Of a stretch of 64,000 nt of DNA, positions 28,416-36,073 are shown piece after piece (the first letter of the stretch is position 1; each line of letters begins with the position of its first letter). The DNA comes from Candidatus Limnocylindrales bacterium (GTDB lineage: Bacteria; Chloroflexota; Limnocylindria; Limnocylindrales; CSP1-4): assembly GCA_046593725.1 (NCBI GenBank), contig JBKJQY010000021.1, positions 12,179-76,178 of the forward strand, in the 5' to 3' direction. Under the pieces are notes generated by a model. That model had not been told where the DNA came from and searched no databases. It saw only the letters and a program-made list of their open reading frames with translations. A program made the translations under genes and the position numbers.

Positions 28416-30269
28416 TCACTCCGCCAGGAGGCGTTCGGCCTCGGTCACGATCTCGGCGATGGTGAACGGCTTGCCACGCACCCGGTCGTAGCCCACGGCA
28501 TCGACGAGGTAGCGCGCGCGGATGAGCATCAGCAGCTGGCCGAGGTTGACTTCCGGGATGAGTACTCGGCGATAGGCGCGAACGACTTCCTCGGTGTTGG
28601 CCGGGAACGGGTTCAGGTGGCGCAGGTGCGCGTGGGCGACCGACTTCCCGTCCGCCTGGAGCCGCTCCACCGCGGAGCGGATCGCGCCATACGTGGAGCC
28701 CCAGCCCAGGATCAGGAGATCGCCGCGCTCGGGTCCGTAGACGTCGAGCGGCGGGATATCCGTCGCGATCCCCGCGATCTTCGCCTGCCGGTAGAGCTGC
28801 ATCTTGTGGTGGTTGTCCGGGTCGTAGCTGACGTTGCCTGTGATGTCGGCCTTCTCGAGACCGCCGATCCGATGCTCCAGGCCCTTGGTGCCCGGCACTG
28901 CCCACGGTCGTGCGAGCGTCTCCGGATCGCGTTGGTACGGCCGGAACGTCGCCGCGTCCGTCGCGTTGGTGACGCTGATGTCCGGCAGCGTCGTCGGGTC
29001 CGGCACGTTCCAGGGCTCGGATCCCGTCGCGAGGAACGCGTCCGACAGGTACACGACGGGGGTCATGTACTTGAGGGCCAGCCGGCAGGCCTCGATGGCC
29101 ATCCCGAAGCAGTCGCCCGGGGTCGCCGGCGCGACGACCGGCAGGGGCGAGTCCGAGTTGCGCCCGAACATGACCTGGAGCAGGTCCGCCTGCTCGTTCT
29201 TGGTGGGCATGCCGGTCGACGGTCCGGCGCGCTGGACGTCGATGACGACAAGCGGCAGTTCCACCATGACCGCGAGGCCCATCGCCTCGGTCTTGAGCGC
29301 GATGCCGGGGCCGGATGAGGCGGTCATCGCAAGCGCGCCGCCATATGCCGCTCCGATCGCGGCGCCGATCGCGGCGATCTCGTCCTCCGCCTGGAACGTT
29401 TTGACCCCGAACGTCTTGTAGCCCGCCAGCTGGTGGAGGATGTCGCTGGCCGGGGTGATCGGATAGGAGCCGTAGAACAGCTGTCGGTTCGCGAGCTTCG
29501 ATGCGGTCAGGAAGCCGAGTGCCGCCGCCTCGTTTCCGGTGATGTTCCGGTAGATCCCAGGCGGCAGGTGGGCCGGAGCGACGCGGTAGTGGGTATGGAA
29601 GATCTCGGTCGTCTCACCGAACGCGTAGCCGGCCTTGAGGGCACGCTTGTTCGCCTCGGCGACGACCGGCCGGGCACCGAACTTGTCGTCCACCCAGGCG
29701 ATGGTGGGATCCATGCTCCGTTCGTACAGCCAGAACATCAGGCCAAGGGCGAAGAAGTTCTTGGTCAGATCGACCTGCTTGGAGGTCATCCCCAGGTCCT
29801 CGAGCGCCCGGGCGTTCAGGGTGGAGATCGGGATCTCGAAGACGGTGTACGGCGACAGGGACCCGTCGGTCAGCGGGTTGCTGGCGTACGCCGCCTTGTT
29901 CAGGTTCTGTTGGGTGAACGCGTCGCTGTTGACGATGAGCGCACCGCCAGCCGGAAGGTCGCCGACATTGGTCTTGAGCGCGGCAGGGTTCATCGCCACG
30001 AGGACGTCCGGCTGGTCGCCGGGGGTGTGGATGTCGTTCGACGAGAAGCTGATCTGGAAGCCTGAGACGCCCGGCAGAGACCCGGCCGGCGCCCGGATCT
30101 CCGCGGGGAAGTCCGGCAGCGTGCTGATGTCGTTGCCGAAGACGGCCGCGGTCCGCGTGAATTGCGTGCCGGTGAGCTGCATGCCATCGCCGGAATCGCC
30201 CGCGAATCGGATCGTGACGCGATCGAGTTCCTCGACGTCCGGGCCGAGCTCAGGGGCGGGTGTCGTCAT
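28416..30269 (-). CDS. korA: 2-oxoglutarate/2-oxoacid:ferredoxin oxidoreductase alpha subunit
   Basis: 617-aa ORF; RFAGDSGDGMQLTG N-terminus and YPITPASDILH motif. Confidence 0.9.
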   Translation of the reverse strand: MTTPAPELGPDVEELDRVTIRFAGDSGDGMQLTGTQFTRTAAVFGNDISTLPDFPAEIRAPAGSLPGVSGFQISFSSNDIHTPGDQPDVLVAMNPAALKTNVGDLPAGGALIVNSDAFTQQNLNKAAYASNPLTDGSLSPYTVFEIPISTLNARALEDLGMTSKQVDLTKNFFALGLMFWLYERSMDPTIAWVDDKFGARPVVAEANKRALKAGYAFGETTEIFHTHYRVAPAHLPPGIYRNITGNEAAALGFLTASKLANRQLFYGSYPITPASDILHQLAGYKTFGVKTFQAEDEIAAIGAAIGAAYGGALAMTASSGPGIALKTEAMGLAVMVELPLVVIDVQRAGPSTGMPTKNEQADLLQVMFGRNSDSPLPVVAPATPGDCFGMAIEACRLALKYMTPVVYLSDAFLATGSEPWNVPDPTTLPDISVTNATDAATFRPYQRDPETLARPWAVPGTKGLEHRIGGLEKADITGNVSYDPDNHHKMQLYRQAKIAGIATDIPPLDVYGPERGDLLILGWGSTYGAIRSAVERLQADGKSVAHAHLRHLNPFPANTEEVVRAYRRVLIPEVNLGQLLMLIRARYLVDAVGYDRVRGKPFTIAEIVTEAERLLAE

Positions 30270-30766
30270 GCGCCTTCCGAGGCCTTCAGGCGTTGGTGCG
30301 GCCGGGGCGGAAGGTTGAGGAGTTCTTCGGGAAACGACTCGGCGAGGTACGAGATGATGTCCTGCTGGCGGACCACGCCCACGAGGTGGCCGCGCTCATC
30401 GACCATCGGGACGTTCCGGTACCGGCCGGTCTGCATCAGCTCGATGGCGTCCCGGATGGTCTGGTCCAGGTCGAGCGTCCTGGGCTCCGTGGTCATGAGC
30501 GTCTCGACGGGCTGACTCAGGTCCACATGTCCGCCCACGATCCGCCCGAAGATGTCGCGCTCCGTGAGGACGCCGGTGAGGCGCCCGGAGGCGTCGCAGA
30601 CGAAGACCGAGTCACCGGTCCGTGTTCGCTGGATGGCCTGTAGGCACTCGGCCAGGCTGGTCCCGGGCAGGACGGTCACGGGCTGGCGGCGACTGAGCAC
30701 GCGCAGCCGTTCCTCCGCAAGGGCGGGCACGCGTCGGACCATGTCCGCTTCGGTGGTTTCGCTCAC
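30266..30766 (-). CDS. CBS-pair domain protein
   Basis: ORF 30266..30859. Start GTG 30766 or ATG 30742. …LTGVLTERDIFGRIV… and …LVGVVRQQDIISYL…. ATGA overlap with the korA start. Confidence 0.75.
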   Translation of the reverse strand: MSETTEADMVRRVPALAEERLRVLSRRQPVTVLPGTSLAECLQAIQRTRTGDSVFVCDASGRLTGVLTERDIFGRIVGGHVDLSQPVETLMTTEPRTLDLDQTIRDAIELMQTGRYRNVPMVDERGHLVGVVRQQDIISYLAESFPEELLNLPPRPHQRLKASEGA

Positions 30767-30955
30767 GGCCCAAGTGTAGTGCGGACGGCCGGAGCGGTCC
30801 CGGGGTGCGGGGCGCCGCCTTCGAACCCCATCCGGTCCTGACAGGACCGCGATCGCCACGAACGAGCGCGCCCAGTCCCCGATTTCGACCGGCGGTCGTC
30901 ACTTCTGCTCACCGTCACGAGGCACTCATCGTGGGTCGGGTCCCGTGAGGACCAC

Positions 30956-31060
30956 GGCGGGAGCGGGGCCGCGGGGGCGGGGCCGCGGGGCCGCGGCAGC
31001 GGGGCGGGGTGCGAGGCGGGCGAGCGGGGCGGGGTGCGAGGCGGGCGAGCGGGGCGGCCG
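30956..31060 (+). repeat. G-rich tandem-repeat block (GGGGCCGCGG units, then a 25-nt unit x2.4)
   Basis: 25-nt unit GCGGGGCGGGGTGCGAGGCGGGCGA at 30999..31023 and 31024..31048, partial to 31057. At least 10 runs of G3-5 on the plus strand. Confidence 0.8.
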
Positions 31061-31098
31061 ATAACGGCCAGATAAGCGTCATGGAGTGAACTACGGTC

Positions 31099-31428
31099 GT
31101 GCCATCGACAGTGTCGCCTCCACGCCACACGATCAGTCAGACCTTCCGACGGATGTGTCGCGACTCGCGGCTCTCGCTCGGCATCACCCAGGAGCGACTT
31201 GCGACCAAGGTCGGCGTGACCCGGAGCCACATCGGAAAGATCGAGCGCGGCGTTGGCAACCCGACGGTCCGCGTGATGGAAGCGATGGCCGAGGCCCTCG
31301 GGATCGAGCTGGACCTGGTCGCGCGGATGCCGATCATCCGCAGCCTCGCGACGCCGTTCATGCCCGGTGCTCGGCCTACGTGGATCGGCGCCTCCGAACA
31401 CTCGATCTTGCCGCGGCCCGTGAGGTAG
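31099..31428 (+). CDS. XRE-family helix-turn-helix protein (probably the 5' half of a frameshifted gene)
   Basis: 109-aa ORF; LSLGITQERLATKVGVTRSHIGKIERGVGNPTVRVMEAMAEALG. After about codon 80 the sequence turns non-descript, while the -1 frame becomes protein-like. Confidence 0.7.
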   Translation: MPSTVSPPRHTISQTFRRMCRDSRLSLGITQERLATKVGVTRSHIGKIERGVGNPTVRVMEAMAEALGIELDLVARMPIIRSLATPFMPGARPTWIGASEHSILPRPVR

Positions 31429-31880
31429 AGGTCGTCCACGGCCGGTCGCACGGTTGGATCGACCTATTGGCATTCGACGAGCGAGCGGGCACGCTATTCC
31501 TGATCGAGATCAAGACGCGACTGCACGATCTGGGTGCGATCGAGCGGCAGCTGAGCTGGTATGAACGGTCGGCCTGGGCGATCGGACGCGGTCAGGGCTG
31601 GTCAGCGCGCGAGGTCCGATCGTGGCTCCTCGTGCTCGCGAGCGAGGAGGTCGAGGCGTCCCTGCGGGCTAACCGGGACCTGTTTGACCATGCCTTTCCG
31701 ACACGGGCTCCGACCATGCTGTCCGATCTCGCCGGCTCGACGCCGCAGCGACAGACCAGACGCGGCCTTGCCATGATCGATCCCGCGAATCGCGGACGTC
31801 AGTGGATGCTCAAGGCACGAATCGATGGCCGACGATCACCCGCCAGGTACGCCGGCTACGCGGACGCCGCCGGTCGATGA
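31380..31880 (+). CDS. PD-(D/E)XK-like nuclease-fold domain (3' half; frame of ORF 31086..31880)
   Basis: …VHGRSHGWIDLLAFDERAGTLFLIEIKTRLHDLG… (D…E-x-K signature). First canonical in-frame start is GTG 31380, but protein-like sequence (RDAVHARCSAYVDRRL) begins earlier. Confidence 0.45.
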   Translation: MDRRLRTLDLAAAREVEVVHGRSHGWIDLLAFDERAGTLFLIEIKTRLHDLGAIERQLSWYERSAWAIGRGQGWSAREVRSWLLVLASEEVEASLRANRDLFDHAFPTRAPTMLSDLAGSTPQRQTRRGLAMIDPANRGRQWMLKARIDGRRSPARYAGYADAAGR

Positions 31881-32021
31881 CCGTCCATGGGATTGACAGG
31901 ACCGTCATCGATACGAACAGGCGTGACCGCGGACTGAAACCGACCTTGATCCCCGGCTCTGCATCAGGCCACGAGGGACTTGTCGAACACCCGGTACTGA
32001 CGGGACCGAAGGGCGAGACGC

Positions 32022-32073
32022 GGGGCGCCGGGCCCGAACGGGGCGCCGGGCTCGCGGGACGCCGGGCTCGAAC
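32022..32073. repeat. about 18-nt tandem repeat x3 (GGGGCGCCGGGCCCGAAC-like)
   Basis: 32022..32039, 32040..32055, 32056..32073. Lies in the convergent gap between the 31880 stop and the aldolase stop at 32088. Confidence 0.7.
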
Positions 32074-32087
32074 GACGCGACCAGCGG

Positions 32088-32846
32088 TCAGGTGCGACCG
32101 GCAGCCGCGAGCATGGCCCTCGCCCCGCTCATGACGAATCCACCATCCGATCCCAGGCCAACGAACGTGAAGCCGCGATCCAGGTGGGGCCCGATGGCGG
32201 CCGGGTCGTACAGCAGGATGCCGGCAGCCTTGCCGTGCGCCAGACAGGCGGCGATGACCTCGTCGATGGCGGCGAGGTAGATCGGGGCGTCGAATTGGCC
32301 GGGGACGCCCAGGGCGTGCGACAGATCAGCTGGACCCACGAACAGGACGTCGGCGCCCGGTTGTGCGGCGATCGCCTCCGCATCGGCGACCGCCGAAGCG
32401 TTCTCGACCTGGAAGACCCCGAGTACGACATCGTTCAGCATGGCGACCTCCGCGTGCGGCACACGCCCAAAGGCCTGGCCGCGAACACCAAGCGCGACCC
32501 CGCGCTGGCCGGCCGGCGGAAAGCGCATCCAGCCCAGGGCCTGGGCGACGTCGGCGGCGCCGTCGACACGCGGGACGACGAGGCCCTGCGCCCCGATATC
32601 CAATGCTCGCGAGACCCGTAGCCGGTCGAGGCTCTGGATGCGGACGAGCGCGGTCGCAGGCGTGTTCCCGATGGCGTAGAGCTGCGGCAGGATGTCGACG
32701 TCGGCGCTCATGCCGTGTTCGCCATCGATCACGAGCCAGTCGAAGCCAGCCTGGCCGGCGATCTCCGCCGCGACCGGCGAGGCCATCGACAACCAGGTCC
32801 CGAAGGTGGTCTCGCCGCCGAGGACGCGTTCGCGCAGGGTGGTCAT
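32088..32846 (-). CDS. HpcH/HpaI-family 2-keto-3-deoxy-acid aldolase
   Basis: 252-aa ORF; FGTWLSMASPVAAEIAGQAGFDWLVIDGEHG…VRI…LDIGAQGLVVPRV. Confidence 0.85.
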   Translation of the reverse strand: MTTLRERVLGGETTFGTWLSMASPVAAEIAGQAGFDWLVIDGEHGMSADVDILPQLYAIGNTPATALVRIQSLDRLRVSRALDIGAQGLVVPRVDGAADVAQALGWMRFPPAGQRGVALGVRGQAFGRVPHAEVAMLNDVVLGVFQVENASAVADAEAIAAQPGADVLFVGPADLSHALGVPGQFDAPIYLAAIDEVIAACLAHGKAAGILLYDPAAIGPHLDRGFTFVGLGSDGGFVMSGARAMLAAAGRT

Positions 32847-32886
32847 GCGCCAATCATGCTCGACCGGTCATGGTCGCGTCGGTCCG

Positions 32887-33266
32887 TTATGGGCCGTTGA
32901 CCAGCCCGGTCGTGTCCACCACCTCGTGGTCGCGGCCCGTGATGACGTCCAGCTGGTGCATGACGTCGTCGTCGAGCGCGGGTCGCTGGCGCCAGACAGG
33001 TACCAGTCAGAGCCGTTGCCGGCGAGAATCATCCTGTAGCGCTTGAGGGCCTCGGCGATGACGCGGGTCTGCGGCGACAGGTGACTCTTGTCGCAGCTGG
33101 CCTTGAGGCGGACGCGCTGGCCCATCGGCGGCAGCGACGTCGAGGACGCCTCCCCAGCCTGGTGGCGCGCCGGGTATCTGTAACTCGTTCGAGTCCGGTC
33201 TGTGGTGAACCGGAGCGCGTGCAGGATCTGCCCGGCTGCCAGGGAGGCCCGTCGACGGGGCGCCAT
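32887..33266 (-). pseudogene. frameshifted 3' remnant of a conserved hypothetical gene
   Basis: Tail of ORF 32868..34391 reads …ILHALRFTTDRTRTSYRYPARHQAGEASSTSLPPMGQRVRLKASCDKSHLSPQTRVIAEALKRYRMILAGNGSDWYLSGASDPR, then degenerates to S/T/R/W. Shifting one frame at about 32975 gives DDDVMHQLDVITGRDHEVVDTTGLVNGP* (TAA 32887..32889). Confidence 0.35.
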
Positions 33267-33452
33267 CCCGAGATCATCGATGGTCTCCGCCGGCAGCGGG
33301 ACCCACCAGGTCGTCGCGGCGGTCGGATCCCGTGGTCCGGTTTCCGACTGGCACCACGCCACTTGCGACGGGGGCGAGATTGAACCTTTTGGCAGGTGCC
33401 ACCATCTGTACCGGTGAAGCACCCACTCGGGTGCCGTGTGGAGAGACCGCAT

Positions 33453-34004
33453 ATGCGGACGAGGCTGGTCGAACAGGCGAGGGATGGCGACGATGTCGCC
33501 TTCTCCGAGCTCGTCGACCTGGAGGGTGACCTCTGCTACGCCATCGCCTACCGGATCCTGCGCGATGTCGAGCGGGCCCAGGACGCCGTCCAACAGGCAT
33601 TCCTCCTCGCCTGGCGGGAACTCCCACGGTTGCGCGAGGCCGAGCGCTTCGGTCCATGGCTCCATCGGCTCCTCGTCAACGCCTGTTACGAGGAGTTGCG
33701 CCGACATCGGCGCTGGAGCACCCGCATCAGGGCACTCCCGGTCGACGGACCAGGAGGACCCGATACCACCGTCTCGGTCGACGACCGGGACACGCTTGAT
33801 CGGGCGTTCGTTCGGCTCACCCCGGAACACCGCTCGGTCTTTGTCCTGCACCACCATGCCGGACTTCCCCTGGCTGAGATCGCCGACATCGTCGGTGTCC
33901 CGGTCGGGACGGTGAAGTCCCGGCTGCACTACGCAACCCGAACCCTGCGCGCGGCGATCGTCGCCGATAGCCAGGTCGAATCCACGGAGGCACGACCGGC
34001 ATGA
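33453..34004 (+). CDS. ECF (group IV) sigma factor, paralogue A
   Basis: ORF 33396..34004. ATG 33453 preceded by GGAGAG. Region 2 (AQDAVQQAFLLAWREL…) and region 4 (LPLAEIADIVGVPVGTVKSRLHYA). Confidence 0.85.
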   Translation: MRTRLVEQARDGDDVAFSELVDLEGDLCYAIAYRILRDVERAQDAVQQAFLLAWRELPRLREAERFGPWLHRLLVNACYEELRRHRRWSTRIRALPVDGPGGPDTTVSVDDRDTLDRAFVRLTPEHRSVFVLHHHAGLPLAEIADIVGVPVGTVKSRLHYATRTLRAAIVADSQVESTEARPA

Positions 34005-34762
34005 CGACACCACGCGATCCCGACGAGATCCTGGCCGCGTGGCTGGACGAGGGGCCGACCCGGCTCCCCGACCAGACCCGACGGGCGATCTCCGTCGCCC
34101 TACCAACCACTCCCCAACGACGGCGCGGCTGGTCCGTGCCCTGGAGGACACAACCGATGAACCAGACCACCAAGTTCGCTTTGGGCCTTGTCGCCGTCGT
34201 GGCGATCGCGGCGGGCGGGCTGTACCTGACCAGACCGGCGACTGCACCCGCCGTTGGGGGTCAGGCGAGCCCGTCGCCGACGGCACCGCCGACCCCTTCG
34301 TCGGCCCCGTCGGCGGGAGCGGTGACGTCCGGCGCGCCATCCGGCAGCCTTGGCGACGACCCCACGATCCTCTCGGTCGTGGCGACCGCAACCGGTTGCA
34401 GCGCAGATCCAGTCCAACTTGCGAGCGGACCGCTCGCGCCCGAGACCCAAGGCTGGATCTCCGTCACGAATGATTCGCCACGCTCAGTGTTCTTCCAGCT
34501 GAACGATGCGCCTACCGCAGCGAAATACGAGGAGTTCAGGCTCTACATGCAGGCCGAGCACGAACGTGTGCTCGCTGGACAAGCCCTGAAGGGTCCGGCC
34601 ACGTTCGTCGGCTTCGGGGCCAGTCGGCTCGTGCCCGCGGGCGCGACCGACCGGTTCCGGGCGCCGACGCAGGTAGGCTTCTATGGCATCGCGTGCGACC
34701 CAGCGGATGGCAACAATGTCTTGGATGTGTACCTGGTCGGGCCCTTGGAGGTCGCGCCGTAG
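34001..34762 (+). CDS. anti-sigma-like single-pass membrane protein with extracytoplasmic domain
   Basis: 253-aa ORF; ATGA overlap with the sigma gene. The N-terminus parallels that of the 37345 gene (…WL.EGPT..PD…PWR…M). One TM helix, a Pro/Ser/Thr linker, then a C-terminal domain. Confidence 0.6.
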   Translation: MTTPRDPDEILAAWLDEGPTRLPDQTRRAISVALPTTPQRRRGWSVPWRTQPMNQTTKFALGLVAVVAIAAGGLYLTRPATAPAVGGQASPSPTAPPTPSSAPSAGAVTSGAPSGSLGDDPTILSVVATATGCSADPVQLASGPLAPETQGWISVTNDSPRSVFFQLNDAPTAAKYEEFRLYMQAEHERVLAGQALKGPATFVGFGASRLVPAGATDRFRAPTQVGFYGIACDPADGNNVLDVYLVGPLEVAP

Positions 34763-34780
34763 ACGCCGCCTCGGGGCGGC

Positions 34781-36010
34781 TCAGTCCGGGAACGCCTCCG
34801 GTCCGCGCTCGCTGAGTTCGCGGGCCTCACCGGAGGCGTCTTCGGCCGGTAGCCAGCTGTACGGGTAGCGGGCATCTTCCAGGGCGGCGGCTTGCCGCGT
34901 GATCTTGAGGGGATGGAAGGTGTCCACCATGACCGCCAGCTCTTCGGTCGCGTCCTTGCCGATGGAGGCTTCCGCGGTCCCCGGGTGCGGTCCGTGCGGG
35001 ATCCCTGCCGGATGGAGCGTGAAAGAGGAGATCCCCACGCCGCGGCGGCTCATGAAGTTGCCGGCCACGTAATAGATGACCTCATCGCTGTTGATGTTGC
35101 TGTGGTTGTACGGCGCCGGGATCGCCAGCGGGTGGTAGTCGAACTTGCGCGGTACGAACGAGCACACGACGAAGTTCCGCGCCTGGAACGTCTGGTGCAC
35201 GGGCGGCGGCTGGTGGACGCGCCCGGTGATGGGCTGGAAGTCCGCGATGTTGAAGGCGAACGGCCACAGGTAGCCGTCCCAGCCGACCACATCGAACGGA
35301 TGGAACGTGTAGTGATAGGCGGTCAGCCGGTTGCGCATCTTGACGTGGACGCGGAACTCGCCCTCGTCGGTCCGGGGCGGGACGTCGTCCGGGAGCCGGA
35401 TGTCGCGCTGGCCGTACGGGGCGTGCTCCAGCAACTGCCCGTAGTCGTTGCGATAGCGCTTGGGCGCCTCGATCTCGGACGGGCACTCCAGGTACAGCAT
35501 CCGCTGCTCGCTGCCAGGGTCCGGAGCCAGTCGCCAGGTCGTGCCGATGGGCAGGACGAGATAGTCGCCCGGTCCATAGCGAATCGGCCCGAACACCGTG
35601 TCCAGGAGGCCGCTCCCCTCGTGGACGTAGAGCATCTCGTCCGCCTCGCCGTTTCGGTAGAAGACGTTCTCCGGCATCTCGTCGGCCGGTCGGACGACGC
35701 CCATCGCGACGTCGTTGTTGAAGAACAGCGGGATCCGGCCGGTGACGGCGTCGCCGTGTGGTTCGACTCCCGAAGCGTCGATCAGTCGGTGGTGGTGGTA
35801 CCCGTCGTCCGCTTCCTCCAGCTCAAGGTGGGCGCCGATGATCGGTTCGATCCGGTGGGTCCGGGTCGGCGGCGTGACGTGATACAGCAGCGAACTCCGC
35901 CCAGTGAACCCCTCCACGCCGAACAGCTCCTCGGCGTAGAGCGAGCCGTCGGCGGCGCGATGCTGCGTGTGGCGAGTGGGCGGGATGCTGCCGTGGGCCG
36001 CGTAGAACAT
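34781..36010 (-). CDS. hmgA: homogentisate 1,2-dioxygenase
   Basis: 409-aa ORF. Resembles bacterial HGD throughout (…EELFGVEGFTGRSSLLYH…, …FRVHVKMRN…, …FVPRKFDYHPLAIPAPYNHSNINSDE…). Confidence 0.85.
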   Translation of the reverse strand: MFYAAHGSIPPTRHTQHRAADGSLYAEELFGVEGFTGRSSLLYHVTPPTRTHRIEPIIGAHLELEEADDGYHHHRLIDASGVEPHGDAVTGRIPLFFNNDVAMGVVRPADEMPENVFYRNGEADEMLYVHEGSGLLDTVFGPIRYGPGDYLVLPIGTTWRLAPDPGSEQRMLYLECPSEIEAPKRYRNDYGQLLEHAPYGQRDIRLPDDVPPRTDEGEFRVHVKMRNRLTAYHYTFHPFDVVGWDGYLWPFAFNIADFQPITGRVHQPPPVHQTFQARNFVVCSFVPRKFDYHPLAIPAPYNHSNINSDEVIYYVAGNFMSRRGVGISSFTLHPAGIPHGPHPGTAEASIGKDATEELAVMVDTFHPLKITRQAAALEDARYPYSWLPAEDASGEARELSERGPEAFPD

Positions 36011-36073
36011 GGCGACTGGCCTCCTCGATGAGAAGGCCAGTCTAGGGCGACCGGGCCGGTCAGAGTCGGGCCG

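Noticed and set aside
30815-30835. TTCGAACCCC, a T-loop-like string, checked as part of a tRNA. More generally, all intergenic gaps were scanned by eye for tRNA or rRNA.
   Set aside because: There is no GTTC, and no acceptor or anticodon stems can be drawn. No RNA gene could be supported anywhere in the window.
31320-31380. Programmed -1 ribosomal frameshift joining the XRE and nuclease-like frames.
   Set aside because: The shift window has no X-XXY-YYZ slippery heptamer and no obvious downstream pseudoknot or hairpin.
32868-34391. 507-aa minus-strand ORF.
   Set aside because: Only the last ~130 codons look protein-like (see the pseudogene finding). The remainder is antisense to the well-supported ECF sigma / anti-sigma genes and is R/P/G/S-rich.
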